Shown: positions 21,166-29,078 of the stretch, piece after piece
Numbering within the stretch: position 1 is the stretch's first letter
How the letters are laid out: the number at the start of each line of letters is the position of its first letter
From: Desulfomonilia bacterium
Lineage (GTDB): Bacteria; Desulfobacterota; Desulfomonilia; UBA1062
Assembly: GCA_050014195.1 (NCBI GenBank)
Contig: JBEKDT010000017.1
Span: 34,038 to 98,037, forward strand
Direction of reading: 5' to 3'
DNA length: 64,000 nucleotides
Made by a program: the position numbers and the translations under genes
The notes under the pieces: generated by a model
What the model saw: the letters and a program-made list of their open reading frames with translations, nothing else
What the model was told of the DNA's origin: nothing
Databases searched by the model: none

Positions 21166-21435
21166 ATGGAATTGTATGCCGGATTGGATCTGCATTCACA
21201 GTACACCTACATTGGAGTGCTTGAGAAAGGGAGTATGAGGAAGGTGTTTCAGATGAGGGTATCGAATGAACTGCAGAGGATTATCTCTGCACTGGAGCCA
21301 TTCAGAAATGAGCTCCAAGGTATTGCGATAGAGAGTACTTTCAATTGTTACTGGCTTGTGGATGGGCTTATGGGTAGAGGGCAAAAGGGGAAAATCGGGC
21401 AGCAGATACAGCTCGAATTCATGGTGTTTGAATGA
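21166..21435 (+). pseudogene. IS110-family transposase, N-terminal remnant (truncated)
   Basis: The sequence 'MELYAGLDLHSQYTYIGVL…IAIESTFNCYWLVDGL' matches the IS110 DEDD domain and terminates after 89 aa. Its sequence differs from the 10256 remnant. Confidence 0.6.
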
Positions 21436-21651
21436 AGAATGAACCTAAATCACCAGATCCGATCCTGACCTGGAAATATGCAAAGGTCTCGTATGGAGTG
21501 TGGGAATACCACCGGAAAGAGCAGATAATGGAGGAAATAGGCAGTAAACTAAGCTTTATTTCTTGAGATTTTCATGAAAAAAGCACCAATCAGTTTCCTC
21601 CGATTCCTTTCTTGTCCTTGTGCAAAGGTCTCTGTATGGAGAACATCTCAA

Positions 21652-22746
21652 ATGGACAGTGAAATTTATGATAGATATTCAATCGAAGTGGATAGCATAG
21701 GAGCAGAAGAATGGAACACTGTGCTCAGAGTATTCTCTGATGCGTCTATATTTCAAACATATGAGTATGGGGTCGAAAATTGGGGAAAGAACCATCTTAG
21801 TCATATAGTATTAAGAAAGGATAATGATATAGTGGCTGCTTCCCAAGTCTGGGTGGTAGAACTCCCGATTTTAAAATGTGGTTTTGCCCATATTCCGTGG
21901 GGCCCCATGTGGAAATGCAAAAATCGAGAAAGAGATGTACAGACTGTTAGAATGATGCTTAGAGCGCTAAGAGATGAGTATGTGGAAAAGAGAGGACTTC
22001 TGCTGAGGTTAAGGGGTTACTCGGTATCGGGTACGGATGAAGGCAATGAAGTTATTCAACAGTTGAGCGAAGAAGGATTTACGTTCCAAAAGAGGGAAGC
22101 CGCATATCGTACGTATCGAATTAATCTGACCAAGAGTTTGGAAGAACTGCGTACTAAGTTTAAAGGAAACTGGCGGAGAGATTTAATCAAGGCAGAGAGA
22201 CAAGATCTAGAGATAGAAATAGGGAATAGTGTTTCCATGTTAGTGGTATTTTCAGAGATATATAAAGATATGGTTAGGAGAAAAGGCTTTAAAGAGTATG
22301 TTGCAGACATGAACAAATACATCGAAATGCAGAGAAGGTATCGGGATGATTTGAAGATGAATATCTTTTTATGTAAGCATGAGGGAACTTATGTAGCTGG
22401 CGCTGTTGTTCCGGCAATAGGTGATACGGGGATGTATTTATTAGGGGCAACGAGTACTATATGTTTTGAAAAGAAATTACTTGCTTCTCACCTGATCCAG
22501 TGGCGAGTTCTCAGTTGCTTGAAATCAAATGGATTCCGATACTATGACTTACGTGGAGGGATCGATGGTGACATGGAGGGAGTTAGGCATTTCAAAAGCG
22601 GTCTTTCTGGGGAGGAGATTCACTACATAGGTTCGTATGAGTGTTCTCATAGAGTGTTAAGTGAGGTTGCCGTACGTACTGGTGAACATATTCAAAGAAT
22701 GAAAGCCGGTCTACAAAATTTTGTGTGGAAGTTAGCAAGTAAATAA
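21652..22746 (+). CDS. FemAB-family / GNAT-fold acyl(aminoacyl)transferase-like protein
   Basis: Its size and the motif 'RYYDLRGG…HFKSGLSG' resemble the FemAB/BioF2-like acetyltransferase domain. The track start at 21574 gives a 26-aa hydrophobic or Cys-rich leader 'MKKAPISFLRFLSCPCAKV'. The ATG at 21652 (MDSEIY…) is the more likely start. Either start is possible. Confidence 0.5.
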   Translation: MDSEIYDRYSIEVDSIGAEEWNTVLRVFSDASIFQTYEYGVENWGKNHLSHIVLRKDNDIVAASQVWVVELPILKCGFAHIPWGPMWKCKNRERDVQTVRMMLRALRDEYVEKRGLLLRLRGYSVSGTDEGNEVIQQLSEEGFTFQKREAAYRTYRINLTKSLEELRTKFKGNWRRDLIKAERQDLEIEIGNSVSMLVVFSEIYKDMVRRKGFKEYVADMNKYIEMQRRYRDDLKMNIFLCKHEGTYVAGAVVPAIGDTGMYLLGATSTICFEKKLLASHLIQWRVLSCLKSNGFRYYDLRGGIDGDMEGVRHFKSGLSGEEIHYIGSYECSHRVLSEVAVRTGEHIQRMKAGLQNFVWKLASK

Positions 22747-22837
22747 GCAGATCTTTGAAGTCAATAGCTCTGATAGTGGCCTGGCAATGTCGCTTTCCTG
22801 GAAATAATCGTACTATTCGAGAGGATAAGTTAAACCT

Positions 22838-24541
22838 ATGAAAGGGCGTATTACATTCGGTTACCCCGATGATACGAAAGATGTTATTGTTCGCCTTCAG
22901 GGAGAGATATGGTCGATCCAAGGACAGTCAACTCAGGGCATGGATATTCTTGAGCGGATTAAAATTGAATACTTGAATAAAGGAGTTGCTCTATTTGAAA
23001 AATTAGATGGATCATTTTCTCTTGTCATCGAAGATCATCAAAAAATGAAACTCTTTCTTGTACGAGACAAGCTCGGCACTATTCCTCTGTATCACGCAAA
23101 AAAAAGATGTACATTTACCTGGGGCAATCTCATAAGTGATATCCTTTCTGACCTGGAAATTGAAACGTCAGCCAATCATGATGTAATTCATGAATACTTA
23201 GTGTTTCGTTATGTTAGCGGGAGGAATACTCTTTTTCAAGGAATTCATGAGCTTTTACCGGCACATTATCTAGAGGTTGACCTTAGAAAAGGAGAAGTAG
23301 AGGAAAAGCAGTATTGGGATATTCCTTATCCCTGTAAATCTGAAATGATTAAAGATAATGATGAAACCTGTGTCGATAAAATAGAAGAGATTCTAATACG
23401 TATTCTCAAAAGAACTTTAAGTAAGAATTGTCGCTATGGAATCATGTTGAGCGGTGGGCTTGATTCAAGCCTGATAGCAGCTCTTGCGTCAAAACATGTT
23501 AATCATGGTTTCCCAACATTCTTTATAGGATTTACAGATTATGAGAGTGATCGCTCTCATGATGCCCAAATGGTAGCAGAAACATATCATATGATCCATT
23601 CAAATTTCTATGTTAACTCAAAACAGTATGCTGAAGGTCTTATAGAAGCAATCAGAACCAACGAGGAACCACTTAACCATCCCGGTCATGTAGGAAGGGT
23701 TCTTTTCGATTCTCATACAAAAGATAAAGTTGATGCTCTCCTTATGGGAGAAGGAGTCGATACAATGTTTTGTGGGGCAAAGGCTTACCCACTTCTTAAA
23801 TATGGTTATATGTTCAATCCATTCAGGAAATTAACTAGGAGAATATTTTCATTGATAGACCCAGAAATAATTCCCGACTCACATAAGCGGTACTACACAA
23901 AGATAAGAGATGCATTTGTCATGAATGCTGATGAGTATATGATCCGAACTTTTGCAGCGGCAGAATTTCAAGAGGCAAGTGATCTATTGGAGCTTGAGGC
24001 TGATATGAGCTATCTTAACTATTATAAAAGCTTTATATCTGAATGTACGAGAGAAAATGTTCTTGAGAAATACCTTATGCTCAATCAGCACACATTTATA
24101 GTTGAAGTACTGAATTCTGATGCAAAGTATAGAGAATTAAACCAAATAATTAATTATTATCCATTCCTGGATGTCGAATTACTATCGTTTTCAAATCACA
24201 TTCCATTTAAAATACGGACCAAGGGGTTCACGGGAAAATATCTCATCAAGAAACTCGCTGAGAGATATTTTTCCAAGCATTTCATATATCAGCAAAAAGA
24301 GGGCTTTGGTGTGCCTTTGAAGACCTACTTCCAGGATCCAGAGAGTATGGGGAGATATTTTGACCTCCTTTTGGAGAAGAGGACAATGGAAAGAGGAATT
24401 TTTAAAAGGAGAGAACTCTCTAATTTTGTTGAAGGATTTCGGAAAGGCGAAATGCCTTCTGAGAGTTATGAGTCTTTGCTCTGGACTGCAATTAACCTTG
24501 AGTTATGGTACAGGATTTTTATCGATAGGAATGGTGTATGA
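22838..24541 (+). CDS. Asparagine synthetase-like PP-loop protein lacking the N-terminal Cys nucleophile
   Basis: It has a PP-loop 'IMLSGGLDSSLIAALA'. An AsnB-like N-domain, 'DGSFSLVIEDHQKMKLFLVRDKLGTIPLYH', is present, but the protein begins MKGRITFGY and an in-frame TAA lies 3 codons upstream. Confidence 0.7.
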   Translation: MKGRITFGYPDDTKDVIVRLQGEIWSIQGQSTQGMDILERIKIEYLNKGVALFEKLDGSFSLVIEDHQKMKLFLVRDKLGTIPLYHAKKRCTFTWGNLISDILSDLEIETSANHDVIHEYLVFRYVSGRNTLFQGIHELLPAHYLEVDLRKGEVEEKQYWDIPYPCKSEMIKDNDETCVDKIEEILIRILKRTLSKNCRYGIMLSGGLDSSLIAALASKHVNHGFPTFFIGFTDYESDRSHDAQMVAETYHMIHSNFYVNSKQYAEGLIEAIRTNEEPLNHPGHVGRVLFDSHTKDKVDALLMGEGVDTMFCGAKAYPLLKYGYMFNPFRKLTRRIFSLIDPEIIPDSHKRYYTKIRDAFVMNADEYMIRTFAAAEFQEASDLLELEADMSYLNYYKSFISECTRENVLEKYLMLNQHTFIVEVLNSDAKYRELNQIINYYPFLDVELLSFSNHIPFKIRTKGFTGKYLIKKLAERYFSKHFIYQQKEGFGVPLKTYFQDPESMGRYFDLLLEKRTMERGIFKRRELSNFVEGFRKGEMPSESYESLLWTAINLELWYRIFIDRNGV

Positions 24542-24561
24542 CCAAGGTTAATGGAGGTTGA

Positions 24562-25713
24562 ATGTACACGAATCCTCAGAAATTGGGAATTATTAAACCA
24601 CTCAGTCACATGAATGAACTTTTCAAAATCGAGGATATGTGGAGAAATATATATGAAACGGTATCTCCTAATTCAATTTTTATTTCTTTTGACTATATTA
24701 TGCTGTGGTATAATTGCTTTGCTAGGCCCGAGCAGGTGAGGGTCTATCCAGCATATGAAGGTGATAAAATTATAGGTTATCTTCCATTAATATTAAATAA
24801 AAAAGGGCCATTTCGGTTTCTGTCAAGCCTTACCAATCTACATTGCTTTCACCCTGCTGCACTAATTGCTGAAGGTTATGAAGAGACATTTTCTAACAGT
24901 TGCTTGCACGCAATATTTTCAGATAAATGCGGCTGGGATGTTTTTCAATACCGTAGCGGCTACTCCTTCCAATATGGTCTAAGTTTGAGCATACTAAGTC
25001 CATTAGCCTATCACTTCAAAGAAATCAAACTACCAACATATTCTATGCTTATACCAGGTTCTTTTGAAGAATATTTCAATAAGCATCTATCCCCTCAAAT
25101 GCGTAAAAATGCAAAAAGCTCAAAAAAAAGGCTACAAACAGTTCCCTCATATAGATTTTGCCACTATACAGGAGATGATGCTGTTGCATCATGGCCTACG
25201 TTTCTATCGATTGAAGATTCTGGGTGGAAGGGAGTAAAAGGTTCATCATTAAAGAAGCTTCCTCAGAACTATCATTCATATTATGTAGGCCTCATCGATA
25301 TGTTATCTAAAAATAACCAGTTACACATGTATTTTCTCGAAATCAATGGCCACCCTGTTGCGGGTACATTCTGTTATGTGGATCAAGATGTGTTTCACGC
25401 TTGGAAGGCCGGATACGTAGAAGAATTTTCCTCGCTCTCTCCCTCAACCCTGCTCTTACTTTATATCATAGAAGATCTCAATACTAATTTTCCAATGGTG
25501 AAACGTCTGCACATGTTTCCTGGTGATTTTGGCTATAAACACCGTTATGTTAACGAAGAATCTTTTTATTCTGAAGTCGTCTTGTACGATAGAACAATTC
25601 TCGGAAGTTCCGCACATATTCTTTCCCCGATAAAACAAAGAGTTGAGCTACTTCCAGGTATGTCTGCTGCCATTGGGTTTATTAGAAAGCATTTTTTTAG
25701 AGATGATGATTAA
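24562..25713 (+). CDS. CelD/BioF2-like GNAT-fold acetyltransferase-domain protein (FemAB-like)
   Basis: At 383 aa its architecture is typical of PF13480-like proteins found in EPS loci. It has a strong RBS (GGAGG) and lies 20 nt after the AsnB-like gene. Confidence 0.5.
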   Translation: MYTNPQKLGIIKPLSHMNELFKIEDMWRNIYETVSPNSIFISFDYIMLWYNCFARPEQVRVYPAYEGDKIIGYLPLILNKKGPFRFLSSLTNLHCFHPAALIAEGYEETFSNSCLHAIFSDKCGWDVFQYRSGYSFQYGLSLSILSPLAYHFKEIKLPTYSMLIPGSFEEYFNKHLSPQMRKNAKSSKKRLQTVPSYRFCHYTGDDAVASWPTFLSIEDSGWKGVKGSSLKKLPQNYHSYYVGLIDMLSKNNQLHMYFLEINGHPVAGTFCYVDQDVFHAWKAGYVEEFSSLSPSTLLLLYIIEDLNTNFPMVKRLHMFPGDFGYKHRYVNEESFYSEVVLYDRTILGSSAHILSPIKQRVELLPGMSAAIGFIRKHFFRDDD

Positions 25714-26116
25714 CCATACAACGCAATGTGTGATTTGAGAAGTGTACCGCTCCTTATCTATTCCCTGAACTGAGCCCAGGAAAATAGAGACAGACAGAGA
25801 TCAATCATCGTAATATCCAGTGTGTAAACATTCTGATCCAATTACCCCGAAGGATTTTCCGGTATAAAGCGATGCCTGCCTGCCAAGGCTTCGCTTAGGT
25901 TATTTCGATTAATGAGAACATCTTGATTTAGGCTGTCGGGAATCTTTACAATTCTAAATTTATCATCTTTATTTATGAATATCAAACACATATAAGCTAT
26001 TATACCAACGAATTAATTAAAATTAATTCATAAAATTGTCGAAATACTTTACACAAATACTCCGATATTTATCTTGTCTGGAGTAATTAAAGCTTGTAAA
26101 TCAAAGAGATACGTTA

Positions 26117-26132
26117 ATTGGCATTAATATTG
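26117..26132 (+). promoter_or_regulatory. Candidate sigma-54-type -24/-12 element (imperfect) upstream of the PEP-CTERM gene
   Basis: TTGGCATTAATATTGT has GG-N10-GT against the consensus GG-N10-GC. It ends 37 nt upstream of the ATG, in a 450-bp AT-rich leader. Confidence 0.25.
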
Positions 26133-26168
26133 TATAACTATCATTAATAAAAATATACAGGAGGTCAT

Positions 26169-26801
26169 ATGAAAAAAACTTTCATGACAATCGCAGCACT
26201 TTTTATTGTGCTCGGATTCACAGCATCAGTAGGAGCAACTACAATTCAAATTGTCGGCAGCTATTCGACTCTGGATTCGCTGACCTTCACTCTTCTTGGC
26301 CACACCTACCACGACCAGTTGGTGGGTGAGTTTAATCTCCTTATCGATAGCAAGCCGGAAACAGGATATTGTGTTGACTTGGGTCATCTTTTATATGTTC
26401 CCAGCGGACCCTTTAATGTAAACCTTACTAGCGATCTGACCGATGAGGGCGATGTCCCCAACGGGTATGAAGCAGCATGGTTGTGGAACTATGTGGGTGA
26501 TGCTCTAGATAAGGACCATAGAGCAGCGTTGCAGTTGGCAATATGGGATGTTGTGTTTGGGCCGGTTACCGGTATCTCCGAGCCGGCAGTCGCCGCAGAA
26601 TACAATGCTTACTTAGCAGATCTTGCATTATATAGCTCATTTAATGGTGCAGGGTATGCTATTGCTGAACTAGGTGACCTACGCACACCATACCAGGATC
26701 TGCTGGTAAAAACCCCCGCCCCCGTTCCTGAGCCCATGACACTGTTGCTTCTCGGGTCAGGTCTTCTCGGACTGGCAGGATTCAGAAGGAAGATGAAATA
26801 G
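26169..26801 (+). CDS. PEP-CTERM sorting-domain protein (exosortase cargo)
   Basis: It has a signal peptide 'MKKTFMTIAALFIVLGFTASVGA'. The C-terminus 'PVPEPMTLLLLGSGLLGLAGFRRKMK' is the PEP motif, then a TM helix, then a basic tail. Confidence 0.85.
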   Translation: MKKTFMTIAALFIVLGFTASVGATTIQIVGSYSTLDSLTFTLLGHTYHDQLVGEFNLLIDSKPETGYCVDLGHLLYVPSGPFNVNLTSDLTDEGDVPNGYEAAWLWNYVGDALDKDHRAALQLAIWDVVFGPVTGISEPAVAAEYNAYLADLALYSSFNGAGYAIAELGDLRTPYQDLLVKTPAPVPEPMTLLLLGSGLLGLAGFRRKMK

Positions 26802-26830
26802 TAATACAACATATTGACTGGGTTTCAGAG

Positions 26831-26864
26831 GCAGGGCCATTGAAAGGCCCTGCCTTTTTATTTA
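26831..26864 (+). terminator. Rho-independent terminator after the PEP-CTERM gene
   Basis: GCAGGGCC-attgaaa-GGCCCTGC is followed by CTTTTTATTTATT. Confidence 0.6.
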
Positions 26865-27029
26865 TTAGGATATCTTGTTCAAATATTTAAATTTTGATAA
26901 CTGTCGATATTCTTTACAGTCAGATATATGAGAATCAATCCCATTCATGCTTTTATATGAACTGTAGATAACTGCGGTGCGCGATATAAATCTCAGATGA
27001 CACTTTTAGGAGACCTTTGTATAACCCTA

Positions 27030-27200
27030 TGTCAGTCATTGCGAGCGTAGCGAAGCAATCCCTGCATCTTGGCACATTCTAGGTTTGTCGAGATTGCCAT
27101 GTCGCCTTTGGTTCCTCGCAATGACCGATTAGTAGGCTTTGCAAAGGTTTCAATAGGGAGATGACCAACCTGATGTTTTCATCGGGATTGGTCATCATTC
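27030..27200. repeat. Degenerate palindromic repeat element (GTCATTGCGAG…CTCGCAATGAC plus a second hairpin ATGACCAA…TTGGTCAT)
   Basis: The arms are at 27036-27046 and 27114-27124, and there is an inner hairpin at about 27151-27196. It resembles a widespread bacterial intergenic palindromic repeat whose frames read …HCERSEAI… / …PRNDR…. Confidence 0.3.
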
Positions 27201-27359
27201 TTTATAGGAGCTATTTTAGACGCGATGTGGTGGTGGGGAAGGCCTTGTGCCCGCCCTTTCTTTATTGTCACGCCATGATCGCGAATAAATTCGCTCCTAC
27301 GGGGTGGTAGGGAATGCCGGGTGTAGATCATAGAATGAAGTCAGTCCCTTGCAGCACGA

Positions 27360-27989
27360 TTACTTTTTATATCGCTTCAACAATATGTTTACACTATATT
27401 TATTCAAGAAATATACCTTTACTAAAAGTAAGATAGGTTTAGCTCCAAGTTTTTGCTTGAACCTCATTGCGGATATATTGAAGTATTCGGTTATACTATA
27501 GATCTTATAACAACCCATTCCATGGAGATGTTTATAAAACTGAAGTCTAAGATATGGTGCTATGCCCCTACCTCGGTACTCCTCTACTGTAAGAGCATTG
27601 GACAGATATGCTTCATCATGGTCCAACAGAAAAGGATAAAGGTTTGAATCACACTCCCGTGTATTACACCACATATGTGCGATAATACGAGTCCCGCACA
27701 TAAGGCCAAGGCATAACCACCCTCTTTCCAACCTCTCCAGCAGTATCTCCTCTGTCTCCTTTACACCGGGTGTCTCTGATACCTGTTTCATATCTAAAGA
27801 TCCCAGTAAGAGCAGATTAAATTCATCTGCATTCATCTTAATGCTGATGGCAGAGTGTGTAAGTGATCCGAGTCCTTCCTCCATCACATAAAAAGGCACT
27901 ATACGGACCAATGACTTGGATATGTCATAGAGAGATTGTAGTAAAGAATGCTTATTAATAAATTCTTTTGTTCTGAATAAAGGGTTCAT
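27360..27989 (-). CDS. GNAT-family N-acetyltransferase
   Basis: It has motif A 'VEEYRGRGIAPYLRLQFY'. The track ORF, which reaches 28058, overlaps kce by 65 nt. The ATG at 27989 (MNPLFR) lies 4 nt after the kce stop and is the more likely start. Confidence 0.55.
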   Translation of the reverse strand: MNPLFRTKEFINKHSLLQSLYDISKSLVRIVPFYVMEEGLGSLTHSAISIKMNADEFNLLLLGSLDMKQVSETPGVKETEEILLERLERGWLCLGLMCGTRIIAHMWCNTRECDSNLYPFLLDHDEAYLSNALTVEEYRGRGIAPYLRLQFYKHLHGMGCYKIYSITEYFNISAMRFKQKLGAKPILLLVKVYFLNKYSVNILLKRYKK

Positions 27990-27993
27990 AATT

Positions 27994-28827
27994 CTATATC
28001 TGAAGGATCTCCCTTGCCTCATGCGGTGAATAAGGGCTGAAGCCCATTGCCTTTGCAATGGTCACCACTCGTTTTACCAACGAATAATTCGTAGCAAGCT
28101 TACTCCTATCGCTATCGAACCATATATTATCTTCCAACCCCACTCTCACACCACCTCCTGATATGATGGAGATTACATTCATCTTGAGCTGGGAATTTCC
28201 TATCCCACCTACAGACCAGACAGAATGTTCAGGTAATTCCCTTACCATAAGGCCGAGATGAAGTATATCTGCTTGAGCACAGGCAATGTTTCCCAGGATC
28301 AGGTTAAAATAATATGGAGGTTCAATAAGGTCTTTATTTATTAGGTACTTTGCATAATTAATCATGCCAAGGTCAAAGGCTTCAAGTTCTGGCTTAATCC
28401 TCTCTTTCATCATCTTCGCCGCAAGGGCTTGAATCATGTCCGGAGTGCTGATGCTTGCCTGCTTATTAAAATTTAGTGAGCTTAAGGTGAGGCTGGCAAA
28501 ATCCGGCTTTAGCTCACCTTTAAGATCGAGGCAGTCTGATCTTTGTTCAAATGCATTAAAATCTCTTCCGCTTGTTGAAACCCCTAAAATCAGATCCTTA
28601 TTTCTCTGCCGTATCCCATGGATAATTTCTCCATAAATCTCTTTTTTATAAGTTACTCTGCCTGTTTCGGGGTCCCTTGCATGAAGATGCACCATGCTTG
28701 CACCGAGAGTAGCAATATCAAGTACCTCTTGGACGATATCACCTGGGGTTAAAGCAATATGTGGTGTCATTTCTTTGGTAGGGATCATGCCTGTTGGGGT
28801 GAAATTTAATATAAACTTATTTGACAT
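27994..28827 (-). CDS. kce: 3-keto-5-aminohexanoate cleavage enzyme family (BKACE/DUF849) protein
   Basis: The motifs 'FILNFTPTGMIPTK…ALTPGDIVQEVLDIATLGASMVHLHARDPETG' and 'RVVTIAKAMGFSPYSPHEAREIL' match Kce. Confidence 0.8.
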   Translation of the reverse strand: MSNKFILNFTPTGMIPTKEMTPHIALTPGDIVQEVLDIATLGASMVHLHARDPETGRVTYKKEIYGEIIHGIRQRNKDLILGVSTSGRDFNAFEQRSDCLDLKGELKPDFASLTLSSLNFNKQASISTPDMIQALAAKMMKERIKPELEAFDLGMINYAKYLINKDLIEPPYYFNLILGNIACAQADILHLGLMVRELPEHSVWSVGGIGNSQLKMNVISIISGGGVRVGLEDNIWFDSDRSKLATNYSLVKRVVTIAKAMGFSPYSPHEAREILQI

Positions 28828-29078
28828 ATGCCACCGCCATCGCAGACAATTCTTTTATTACTATCAAGCCAATTGCAAAACTCGCAGTTTGCGATAATAT
28901 TGCAATAAGCCTGATAACTAATTGAAGATATGAAGACAAAACTCTATTCTTTTTGTGTAGAGCAAAAAGAAAGGAGTAAAGATGAGCAATCTCTTCGACA
29001 TCTAGCATACCACATAGGCGATACTTTTTCCATTTTAACAGTAACGGCACACGATATGCTGATTGCAATGAAGCATGC

